64,000 bases of DNA from Adineta vaga (Eukaryota > Animalia > Rotifera), in the NCBI GenBank assembly GCA_021613535.1, contig CP075496.1, positions 3,038,001-3,102,000 of the forward strand. Reading direction: 5' to 3'. The translations under genes and the position numbers were made by a program. Positions 1 to 12,345 of this stretch are shown here, in pieces (position 1 is the first letter of the stretch; every line of letters starts with the position of its first letter). The notes beneath the pieces were generated by a model. That model made no database searches. It saw nothing but the letters and a program-made list of their open reading frames with translations, and was not told the DNA's origin.

Positions 1-871
1 ATGAAAACATCACCAGATAGAAAATAATTTTCGAATTGTATTGCATCCAAGGGAAATTTTTGTGGATATGTATTTCCAGCTACAATTTCTACATTTAATA
101 AAGATTGAAGATAAAATATTAGTTTTGATGTATTTGTTAATTGTGATAGAACAGTTGATAATGAATGAATTGACACGAGTTTATTTGAGCTCGTTGAAAA
201 TTCAATGGGAAGTAAAGATTCCAATTTTGATGGATCATATTCTTTTGGTCGATCAATCTTTCCATAAGCCGACGACATTGATTAGATTTTCTAATTATCT
301 AAAAATCATAAACTTTCGTAAATACGATTCAAGTCTCTTTCGATGTATCATTGAGAATAAAATGTAATCTTTGCAGTCAATGAAAACAAAATATGATTTT
401 GTTTGAGATAGATAAGATATGTTCTATTATCTTTCTACTTTATTGATACTAATAGATAAAAGGAAGGAAAAACAAAGAACAAGTAAAGTTATTTTGCGTT
501 GCGTAGTGCGAACGAAATTACTTGATCTTTTTAAAAGACGTTGTGTTTTATTTATCATTTTATGTAGTTAATTTGCAAAACTTCAAATGTTACTCCTCAT
601 TCATACACAGAATTTCACTAATTAGAATGAGAATTTAATCATTTATTTAAAGGTTTCTGTATAGTTCACTGAATGCGATTATCGATTAGATTACTTTCAA
701 ACGTGAATTTTTGTATTTTTGTTTTAATTGAAATTTATTAACAATCAATTCACAAGTCTATCAGTTATTGTATTGTTTCTACATGAAAACAAACATCTAT
801 TCTATCGTATTTAATCGTCGACATCATATAAATAATAGTAATAATAATAACAATAACAATAATAAATCTAT

Positions 872-2774
872 CTAATATTGTCGTCGATAGGCTCCTAATG
901 GTTCGACATTAGTTACAAAAAAACTTTCATCGAAACGTTGTTCAGATCGACGTCCCATATCATAACGGCATACTTGTGTTGTATTTCTCATTCCGCCATA
1001 AATTGATTCACCACTAGTGCCAAAACCATTGAGCGATGTTGAGCCATAATTTCGTTGAGTATATTCGATATAACATGTTCGATAGACAACAAATAAAGAA
1101 ATTGATATTCCAATAATAAATATGATCGAAATCGTAGCAATCACTGTTGAACGTTCGATAGCACCTTGAGTTATTAAAGATGTTCGACCATATAGGGCAT
1201 CTATTCAAAAAAAGAATATTTAAAAAGAGTCTTATTTATGATAGATTTGGTTACCGTAAACTCCTTTATGTTTTTGTATTGGTTCAGATAAAGGTGTTTC
1301 AATGCTAAATTGTTGTTGTATTTGACGAATTTCATAATGTGTAGGATTAGTTTCTTCGACAGGATCACTTGATGATGATGGTGATGGTGGTTGATCTAAT
1401 GACAAAGATAAATCTGATAATAGCTGTGCTAATTTCTTTTTTGTTTGCTCCTCTTTAAAATCAGATCGTTTTCGTCGTCGTAATGCAATAATACTTCCAC
1501 CATCTTCATCAATATAGTCAAATGGTGCAGAATCAGTTGTTAATATTGAAGATGAATTTTTTGTATTCGATTCTGTACGATGCAATGTTGATGATCGTCG
1601 TGTTTCTGGACATAAACGCTACGAAAAAGAAGATATTCTAAATAAAATCAAAATTATTTATTTTTTACTTCTTGACAATATTCTGTTCGCCCAGAGCATA
1701 TAGCTATTGAACAACGTAAATAAACAATTGATGTTGTCTCGAATTTTTGTATTTGAAAAACAGTACTTTTCAGATGTATTGGATCCATGCGTTGGAATCG
1801 TACTGTGACATGTGAATCTAATGATGGACAACGATTTGTTGTTAAAGAAAGTTTTTCTAATTTAACTTCATTATCAGATACACTAGATGCAATTGAACAA
1901 TTTTCTGCAATGATTTGATGATAATCAGAATCATGTTCGACTTTAAAAATAGAAGAAAAGAAAAAATGTTTTTGTAAAAAATTCTTTCGAAAATCAAACC
2001 TGTTCGATATTTAATTTCAATAAAAAGACGATCACCAATTAAAACTGAATCACCATTATCAATTAATCGTTGTTGAGTTATATCATATAAACCAAGTAAA
2101 AGTTCACCATGTTTACTCGATCGATCTGATGATGGTTTGACGATTGGTATATTTATAGGACTATTTGAAAACGAAAATGAAAATCTTTTCTTTGTCAAGG
2201 TGATAAAACAATAAAAAACACAATACTTTTTTGGTAATATCTGTGTGGCAAATGTTGTTGTTGTTGTTGTTGTTGTTGTAGAAGATGTAATACCATTACA
2301 TAAATCGCTATCTGTTTGACAGAAACATTTATCCATGTGATCATCGGAATCTTCATCTAAACAAACACCACCACGTTCAACACATGAGGTACACATTGAA
2401 TCCATCGAAGCATTGATAACTCGAACTAAAAATTTCGAACGAAGAGACGTTTTGTATTTTTATTGAGTAAAAAATAAGTTCATTCTACCACAATGAGTTT
2501 TATTCACAGAAAGATATTGTTCTTTACAAACGCATCGGAAAGCACTTCCACCAACACGTTTACAATTGGAATTCAAACTAGTACATGTGCCTGGTATACA
2601 AAAATCTCCTAAACTATTTTGTGATTGATTTGAAGCTAGAAAGAAAATAGAGAAAGATTTTTTGAAAGAGTTGAATACCAAAAGAAAACTAAAACCTCGT
2701 CGTTTTGTTTCAACAAATGATAAACACCATAAAACATTAATAAGTATAAGAAGATGAATTCGATTCATTTTCAT
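872..2774 (-). CDS. Multi-exon membrane protein: signal peptide, two EGF-like Cys domains, Thr-rich linker, ZP-C-like domain, furin site, C-terminal TM helix
   Basis: ORF fragments joined by short GT-AG introns: MKMNRIHLLILINVLWCLS (signal peptide); CIPGTC..C..CVC..C and CTSC..CL..CFC..C; poly-Thr; manually translated exon IIAENCSIASS...NRCP...FQIQKFETTSIVYLRCSIAICSGRTEYCQE (ZP-C pattern); RRRKRS; hydrophobic IATISIIFIIGISISLFVVY. Exon edges are approximate. Confidence 0.75.
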
Positions 2775-5700
2775 TCGTTTTTCTTTGTTACTCTATAGAC
2801 ATAATGATCTTTCTATTTGTTAAAACTTTTTCTATTCTCATTCATTGAAATGTTCGTATCGAAAAAGGTGATCAATTCTTTTCTCTTTTGTCAATAATGC
2901 TCATTTCCTAATCCCTATGTAATCATTTATTCGTTGTCATTTCTAAGCCAATTAACGTTGTTGTTCAATCCGATCATCATCATGTACTTGACTATGTTAG
3001 CAGAATGTTCATTGAGTCCTCAAATGTTTATCTAGAGTAAGACTCAACATTCTCAATGAATACTAAGCAGATAAAAAAGAAGATCTTGTTGACCTTACAG
3101 TTTTGAGATTTTGTCAACTTCGACTTCACATTATGAAAGAGATAGGAGTCAAAATAGTAATTCAAAATCAGACATGAACGCATGACAGAACAGAACATTC
3201 TAACCTCCAGTGAAGGTTATCATATTGAATTTTGTTTAAAAATTTTTCTTTATATTTTTTTCAAACTTCTCACTTTTATTACAAATGATATACATTTAGT
3301 ATTTCTCAAGTAATTTGAATATAGCTATAAAAATAATAAATATTAGTTGTATTGATGAGGTTTTTTTTTGTAGTAGATTTAGTTACATATGAGAGAATTA
3401 TTTAAACACACATTGGTTTTTTTCTTATTTTCTTTGTTCTTGACACTCATTAATTACTGTGTGAATAAGTTTTCTTTCCATGCCATTACTATTTGCGTTA
3501 TAAAAACTTATTATGCTCTTTGGCACGAATTTCAATCAAGACATTTAATGTTCTTCTAATTCAAAATTGATTTCGATTTAGGTACGCGCAAGTTCCAAAA
3601 ATTCCTGGTTTATCTTGAGATCGTAGGTAAGAAAATATAATAGAAATTTCAGTCATCGACCATGATGCTGAAGAAAACCATTCATTCAGTAATGATAAAA
3701 AGCAACGTATTCTATATCTTAGTCTTAGTCCTCAATGGATCTCTACTATTTAGATTTAATATAGTTTAATTTACAAGAGCATAAAGTGAAAGAAATGTTT
3801 TTGTTTTGTTTTCGTAAATTTTATGCTAATATTGGAAATTAAAAATAATAATTATGAAGGATTCAAAAGTCCTTCACGAATACGCTTTTTTTTGAATATA
3901 TATAATAAAGTTTAATTGATAAACGATAACATCACGCTCTAGATCTTGACATGCATTTTCAAACGGAAAATACTTTATCATATAAGATGAAATGGTATTC
4001 CGGACTTTGGCATGCGTGTACGATAAATACTGAAGTGCATGCAAAAGGAAGTAAAAACAGCTTAACCTTTTTTTATTAAAAAAAAGAACTGTTTTTCCGT
4101 GACGTTGTTGATGAAAATTTTTCGTAGCCAAATTCGAAGTGTTGAATAAAAACTCGTACCACTTCTGAAAGATCAGATGATGGGTTTTCTTCTTGATTCT
4201 TCAAACAAATGATAAAGTTAAAAGTCGTTTCAAATCTTGCTGTGGGCTCATCTTCGTTTGGAAATACACTTATATGGTGTATCTTTAGAGAATATCAAAT
4301 ATTAAAATTATATTCTAATTTTTGCAATCAATGAGAAAGGATGTGACAACCAAAGGCTTCTTATTCTAATAGAGTCATTTCTCAATTAGAATACGAACTC
4401 ATCAAAGTATAGTTTGATGAATTGTTTTATGCATCTGTCAGTAACATGAAAGGGCTAGAAACGAATGACTTTAAAAATATTCCACCTATACATGTTAACT
4501 TTTTATGATATATTTTTTTGTTGACAAAAATAATTCATTTAAGCACATTAATCTGAATCCTGAAATTGAAAAAAAATTGATTAAATTCTTCGAATAAGAA
4601 AGAATATTATCATTGTCGATTAATCTATGCATACGGAAACTATATTTGTTCTGGTTTTTTATTGCATCTCATGGGTCTTTACGCACCTGTATATATTTAA
4701 TAGATTTGATTTTCATTACACTTTATATCTCGATATATACTTAAAAACCTCAAAATTATATGATAAAGCAAATTTCAGAGCATGCAAAGGTTCTTTCCGT
4801 TTAGTAGAAAACAAAACGTTTTACATTATTTGAATTTTTTAAGGTAATATCAGTTCAATCCGTATATATTCAATTTCGAACTGATTCAAACAGCAGTTGA
4901 TGAGTAGTCTTGCATCACAATTTATAATAATTAATTCATTTCATGAATATATACGTTTACTCAACCTTTTCATATTATTGTGAAAAAGGTAATTAGCTAA
5001 TGCTATTTCAATGGATAAATATAGAAACATCTTTTTTTTATAACTTCAATGTGATTCAAAAGCGTCCTCTAAAATCTACTCTATGAAAACAAAACCTATC
5101 AATATATGATACGTAGAAAATCTCGCCTTAATTAAGAACGGTTATCTATAACAGAAGTTTACATAGTATGACATGAAGTATCCGTAAAATGACAGACCAA
5201 TTTTCACTTTCTAATATTCAATGATATATTATTCTTGTGCAAATTTCATATCAAACTTTGTTCGATTAAAAACTACAGAGTATAAAAGAGAATTGTAATT
5301 ATGATTTTTCACATCTTAATAAGAAAGAAAAGACGGAAATCGTTGATTGATAGAAACGCACTTTAATAGAAAGCAATTAATTATGGAAATACTGACTTTT
5401 ATGCTTTTTTCGAATACATGCTTTTCGTTTAGAGCCATATAAATACATCAGAACATTATTCTTTTAAAGCCAAGAGTTCGTTTTAAATCTGCATAATTAT
5501 TTACAAGATATTTTTATTGAGAATCATTTAGTCAAGTTTAATATCACACATCTCAATATAATTTGTGTCTATCTTACTAAATTCTTTTCAATGAAAGCAG
5601 TTATTACATTATCTGAAATTATAATCAAGGGTTTTCAGAAATGAATCATGCTGTTGTTTTGAAATTGTTTCTAATATAATTATTGTATCTATCTTATGAA

Positions 5701-7831
5701 GAAAAAAAAACCTCAAATTTGGCAAGTCATATTTTTTTCTTTTCGCCTGTCTGTCTAAGAAGTGTATTTAACCCTGGATTAAGAAAATTAGTTTTTGCGC
5801 CTCTTTTGTAATTATTTATAAAGATTTATTCTAAGACTCTATCTCAATTTTTTGTCTTGATAATGTTAATCTATGCACTTTACAGTTTTGGATTGCGTTG
5901 AAATTGCAAATAATTGTTAGCAATAATGAAAAGTAAAAAAGAAAATTGCATCACCTGGAAGTTGAGTGAATGCGCGAAAAACATTTATAAAACATGAAAG
6001 GATTCTGTTTTTGTCTTCAAAATAAGAAATGCATTTTATTCTTGACTTGTATCCGTTTCATTTGGATGAAATCACTTTTAAATATTCATGATGTGAGGCG
6101 TTCATCCAACAGACTTCGCAATTTCCTATAAACAGGAAACGAAATAAAGAGAAAAGCTTTTTTCTCACAGAAAATTTAGGCATATAATGATCATTAAAAT
6201 AGTTTGCAGTCTATGAAATAAAGTAAAATAAGTAGGTCAAGAGACCGATTCAATTCTATTCGTGATATAAGTTTAAGAAATTATGATCAAAATAATTATT
6301 AAGTAAATTTTTGTTGGAAGAGAAAGTACTGAAATATTGGAAAAAATACTTTCAATAATGCCGAATAAAACTATAGCTCGCCAGATATTTTCTTAATTAT
6401 TTTCATTAAAAGAACGCACTCTAGATCTTATGATACTTCACTACAAATTATTTTGTACTTTTTAATCTACGAACCATTTTTTTGAAGAATAGCGCATGCT
6501 TAATGTCTATGAGTTTTCATTTAGAAGAGAAGAAATACATTCTCATTCGTAATAAATATAAAATATTCTCAAATAAAATAATCATTGACTTTTACAAACC
6601 TATTTTTTCACATTTTATATCGAATTAACTATGTTTAGTATGAGTATGAATTATCTCTCTTTCTCCAAAATTCCATCTATATGAAATGACATAGAACCAA
6701 AAATAACTTTAATCGAAACTCTTAGTTTTTTTCTGGATCAGTAGTGCGCCGTAAATCTTGTCTATATAAGATTCTCTACTTCCTTATAAAATGCGATGCT
6801 TTTTACTGTCATTTGATGAGAGAGAAGAAGAAGAAGAAGAAATATTTTGCTTTCCATTTAGTAAGAAAACGTTTCTTGTTAGAAGTTTTTTTTATGGTAA
6901 TATGGTCACATTCTAGCATTATATTAACGTTATTATTAGTTTTATTTTAGGTATAGTTGGAAAATATGAAAGAGACAAGAACGACAAAAATTGACTTCGA
7001 GTGATTGTGTTTGAAGTTAGAAGAGACAAACCTTGCGTGATCTATATATCTTCAAAAATACTCCGATTTGTTGTCAAAGAATGTGACAGCTTTTTAAGTA
7101 GTTGTTTTTCTCTCATGATGTCTATCATCAAAACATTAATAAGCTACACTCAAATTCCTTTAGTACAGATATTCGTTAAGAGTCTGATCCTCTGTCAATG
7201 TGTTGCATAAGAAAAGGATAATTCTGTTAGGAGCGCATAGTGAAGATAGGATTTCTATATTTTTTTTCATAATTGAAGAAGAATGTTTTTCAGATAATGA
7301 GAAAGAAATCTATATTCAGTTGAAGTAGTAAATACTTAAGACAATACGCATAATAATTTCATATAAAATCATACAATGTCTCTATGATAGTAAAATGACA
7401 GAGGAAATACAAGAGATTAAAAGAAAGACAAGTATTGCATACATTTAGCATAATCAAACAATTCTTATTCTAATATAATATGTGAGTTCATTTTGTATTA
7501 GTGAAAAATAGAATGTCTGCTATTATGTGTACATTGGTATTGTGTATTTTCAAAGCAATGTGCAACAACTATTTGTATTTTTTTCTTCTAGAGAATCATC
7601 TATTCGACAATACCTACACATATGTAGATAATTATATGGCTTGTTTTACTCACTTGTCTCGTTATCTCACATGAATTAATCTTTTCTATTGATCTCTCTT
7701 TTTTCTCTATGATATTACGACGAAAAATGACATCCTGAAAGAAATTTAAAAAAAGAGTCTATATTACTGAATAAAATATAAAAGAGTTTCACAAAAAAGC
7801 ATTTATTCGCATATCTACTTCAATTCTATAG

Positions 7832-8935
7832 ATGAATCGTTTTTTGTGTCCAGAAAATAGGATTACAGCTAATGCGTCAACAGCAAATCAATTTTTTCAG
7901 ACAACAACTTTCATTTCTATACATGTATTACCTATATTAGCATTAGCTGGGAATTCCTTAATTATTCTCGTTATTTTAACCAATTCTCAATTAAATCGTT
8001 CATCATTTTCGGTTTATGTTAAATCAATGGCTGTTTCAGATACTCTTGTACTTGTATTAAAACTATTATCATTTGAAAATAAAACATCAAAATACTTTTA
8101 TCGGCCATCATTATGTACTGGTTTAGTATTTCTTAGTGATGCAAGCGTTCTTTTATCAGTTTGGACAATTGTTTTAATAACTATTGAACGTACATTAGTG
8201 GTAGTATATCCATTACATATCAAGAAATTTGTTTCAGCATGTCGTGCACGATTATTTATTCTTTTAATTGCAACATGTAGTGTACTTCTTTCAGCACGCA
8301 TATTAATTTTACAAATTGATAATTCACCAAATCCAAAAATTCGTTGTCAACCATTAGATGCTTGGCAATCCTATCAGAAAGTTAATGGAACCATTACTGA
8401 ATTTCTTAGTTGTTTTATTCCTTTAACGATTGTTATCACAGGTAATTTTATAACATTATATACAGTTAAACGAGCCGTATTTCAACGACATCAAATATTA
8501 ACACATCAAAGTTCAATACAAAAACGACAAGTTGATACAAATGAAAATCAATTAATGTTAATGTTATTAATTGTTACATTAATGTTCATAGTTTATTTTG
8601 TACCATATACAATCACTAATGTTATATTAAGATGGGGTTTACCATTTGGTTCATGTTTTACAAGACAAGCATTTGAAGCTTATTTATATATTCGATCGCT
8701 TAGTGAATTATTAAAAGATTTCAATTTTTGCACAAATTTTATTATTTATTGTATTAGTGGACGACGATTTCGTTATGCACTTTTTTCACTTATTCGTCGT
8801 CGAAAGAGTCAATTAGCAACAAGTACAAGATATCAAGATAGTTCAAGACAACGTGGCGAACGTGTATTACAACAAAGTTCACGAAAATTATATAATTTAA
8901 GTCAAAAACAAACCTATGAAGAATCACAATTTTGA
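7832..8935 (+). CDS. Rhodopsin-class (class A) GPCR, probably peptide-receptor-like; single coding exon
   Basis: 367-aa ORF with seven hydrophobic segments and class A motifs: GN in TM1, MAVSD in TM2, ERT at the DRY position, FVP in TM6, NFIIY in TM7 followed by RRFR helix 8. Confidence 0.9.
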   Translation: MNRFLCPENRITANASTANQFFQTTTFISIHVLPILALAGNSLIILVILTNSQLNRSSFSVYVKSMAVSDTLVLVLKLLSFENKTSKYFYRPSLCTGLVFLSDASVLLSVWTIVLITIERTLVVVYPLHIKKFVSACRARLFILLIATCSVLLSARILILQIDNSPNPKIRCQPLDAWQSYQKVNGTITEFLSCFIPLTIVITGNFITLYTVKRAVFQRHQILTHQSSIQKRQVDTNENQLMLMLLIVTLMFIVYFVPYTITNVILRWGLPFGSCFTRQAFEAYLYIRSLSELLKDFNFCTNFIIYCISGRRFRYALFSLIRRRKSQLATSTRYQDSSRQRGERVLQQSSRKLYNLSQKQTYEESQF

Positions 8936-10790
8936 GAACGATTCTTCAAACTATAACCTCTGATTTTTATGTTGTCTTGTTTGTGTATATTAATAAAAAT
9001 TTAACAAAAACAGATTATGTATCATCTGACTCACATAAAACATGCTGACCTGTTCAAAATTCTAACATCAATTAAATCAACAAATCTATATGTTAATACA
9101 GATTAAGTAGTTGTTTTTAGAAGAAAGAATATTCTATTTATTATACAGTGATATCGATGTTATAAGATTATATATCAACAAAGGTTGTTATATGAAACAA
9201 TCTGGTTCTTAAAAAATCTTCTGATAAGAAGATGATATTTTTTATCCCATCATTAATAATAAGATGAAATTAAAGATCATCAATGATGTTCAGTAACAAA
9301 GTCAGATATAAAACACGACGCGTAGAATCCATTTATGATGATATAGAGAGGGATCAAATGGATTCATAATTATATTTTGTTGAAAAAGTGTCTATCATTT
9401 CTTCTTGTTCTTGCAATGTTACAATGTCGATTTCAACAGATTCTAAATTATTTAATCTAGCACTATGTACCCAACGATAATTTCATGCATAGATCATACA
9501 TTTTAAAGTATTCAATATACCTTTTTTCATGAACCTGTAAGGTGGGTTATAAAGTCCGATATGAAAAATACAGTTGAGAAAGTATTTGATATAGCTATAT
9601 TTTAATTAAATATAAGTATGATACTAGGTATAGTTTACCAATTTCCTCTTTGTAGAATGTTAGTATCTGATGAAACTAATGACTGGAAAATAATCCATTT
9701 CATTTACTACAATAGATCTATACATGAGGATGTTTTCAAATTTCGTCTGATTACATTTTTAGGATATAAGAGTTGTTGATATCCGGATTTTCAATAAGAT
9801 ATTGTTATTAATTTAGATCCATTTTAACTTCTTTTTTCCACTCGAATAATGAAGATAATTATTCTGTTACTATTTAGACAGAATGTATGACTACGCCTCT
9901 TATATTGTTCAGAATTTAATAAATGATCAAGTCAATTAACTTTACTAAAAGAATTATAATTCATTTCTTACCAACAATAAACATGTTTTTGATCATTTCA
10001 ATAATAAATGTACTTAATTCTATTAGAATAGAGAAAATATATAAATGTGTAGGAATTCTTTTCTCTGTTCATTTCACATTGTTCTTTATTCGTCATAACG
10101 TAAAAGTCTAGTTTGATGAATATTAAGTTCCAGAACAATGTTGATGAAATTTGAATATTGATATAAGATACAAAATATTGTCGATAATATCCAACTGTAC
10201 ACAATGAAATCAGAAGCTTTTTTCTCGTACTATTTTTTACATCATTGATTTTATTACAATAGATTTCATAGAAAAATAAACTCCGAAAATTTTATTCAGT
10301 TTAATAATCTAAGTGTTTGTAAGTATTGTTCAAATAATTAATGAAAATTTCTCTGAAATGATATGGTAAGATTAGTTTTAGCAGACACTTTTAACAGAGA
10401 TCTAGGTTATCATCAAAAGATTATCAGTTGTTGAGAAAGGAATGGGATCTATTTTAGAATATCTAATATTGGATTATAAAATGATCTTTTGAGATAGTTA
10501 TAATTCTATATTTTAATCATAAATCGACAGATGATTACAAACGATGAAAAGTTATTCTATCCGTCGATTCGTTTGTAAAGAAATGCACACATTTGATTAA
10601 CTTATCTCGAGATATTTTTGACTTGTTTTCTTTTCTGTCATGTATACAGGTAACATATTGAATAGAATGTTTCTATTTGTTCCTTCTTCGTCTATCTGTC
10701 TGTCAGAAGATAAAAGAGAAAGTGGTTGCATTGTTATTGTATTCGACAAATAAAAAAGAAAGACAACAACTATTGAAAAATTGCAAATCT

Positions 10791-12345
10791 ATGAATGTAA
10801 ATGGAATCAAGTTGAAACAATGAAAAGTTGTTTTTTTTTAATTTCTAGACATCAGAAACGACAAGTTTTGCTAGTGGAATTCGATCATCGAATGATGCTG
10901 CTATTGAAGAAAGTGGATTACTTGGAACTGTAATTATTATAAAATGCTTTCCTTCAATTTTGTAATTATGTCAATATATTGTAATTATAGCGTCGCGGTT
11001 GCGTGAATATAAGTCGATATGAAATTATATTTCTAATTGTCGGTATAGTAGCTGCCATTGCTACAGATAGTTTAACGATCGTTCGTTTAACTCAAAATTT
11101 AAGTATAAGACATCCAGATTTTGCTTATGGAATACTTATTCTTGTTAATTCAGGTACTCGTTTGATGAAAAAAGTTTAGCAAAACAGTTTTTTCTTTGTT
11201 TATTTAGTCTTTCTTTTACTATTTCTTATTACTGGTATTTTATATCAACGTATTAGTGATATTGTAGCATTTTTTATCAGTGCAGTTATGCTTACGATAT
11301 ATGTCATTGTACACTATGTCGCTCGAAATCATGACAATGATAGTCAGAGTACAGACGCAAAAATTCGTCTTGTATGTATTCAATTTTGTTTTGTAAATCA
11401 TTTCTACTTTTACGCTTTTATTTAAAGATACGATTAATTTTCACAATTATTTTTAATATATGTTTTATTCCATTGGCAATCTTAGTTATTCAAGATTATC
11501 GCCGAGATGAATTCTCTAAACGGTTTGTTATTCCTAACGAATAGTTTTAAAGAATATTTTCATATAAAATATGAATAGAATTTTTGGTGCTTTTCCTTCA
11601 GCACGTCGTCCACTTCAAATTTATAATATATTTGATTGTATCGCACGTATTAATACAATGCTTTGTGTAAGATTATCGTAAATGAATTCAATGTGAATAT
11701 ATTTATGTCACCTTATAGATTTCAACATTTATTCTTAATTTATATAATTTTAATGGTTTGGAAGCTATCGATCGAATTTTACTTGGTGTGGGTATTCCTT
11801 TAACTTTTCTATGGCTATCAATTGGTGTTGGTATGGTAAGATATAATATATACTTTATTTTGTTTCTAGAAAATTTGATATATAGGTTCGTCTTGAAAAT
11901 CGTATGCTAGTTGGCGTATTCTATTTTATTTCATTGTTTCAACCAGGATTTCTATCTTATGCTTTATATAGTGTGAGTTTTTCTTTTCTTTTCTAGTATA
12001 AATAAGATTTATCTACAAATAAGCAATAAATAGGCTATTAAATATATGTCATCAACTTTCATATCAATTCCAACTTCTACTACTACATCAACAACAACAA
12101 CCATTCTATCAACTTCAACTGGATCATTTACAAGTTCAGCGTCAACAACAATTCTAACAACAACACCTTCAAAAGTTCTTGTATCTGTACCTGATGCACT
12201 TTATGTGTGTATAGGAATCAATTTTCTTACACATATATTATCTGTGATTTTTGCTTCTCTTTGTGTTCGTAATTTTGGTAAAGATCTTAAACAAAGAGTA
12301 TTTAACAATCGATTTGATAAATGGTTTCAAAATATATTTACTTAA
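10791..12345 (+). CDS. Multi-exon polytopic membrane protein, resembling the UPF0658 family
   Basis: Manual splicing across ~50-65 nt GT-AG introns gives MN|TSETTSF...|RRGCVNISRYEIIFLIVG...|...|VRLENRMLVGVFYF...|...ASLCVRNFGKDLKQRVF, with about 7-8 hydrophobic segments. The R-x-EN and C-x-x-NFGK-x-LK motifs match my recollection of UPF0658; not verified by search. Confidence 0.6.

Noticed and set aside
1-367. 108-aa ORF or gene remnant at the window start
   Set aside because: Non-ATG start, no recognisable motif, and coding-like stretches in different frames are broken by stops.
9250-10450. Possible decayed minus-strand gene
   Set aside because: Coding-like patches are interrupted by many stops, and I could not assign a family.
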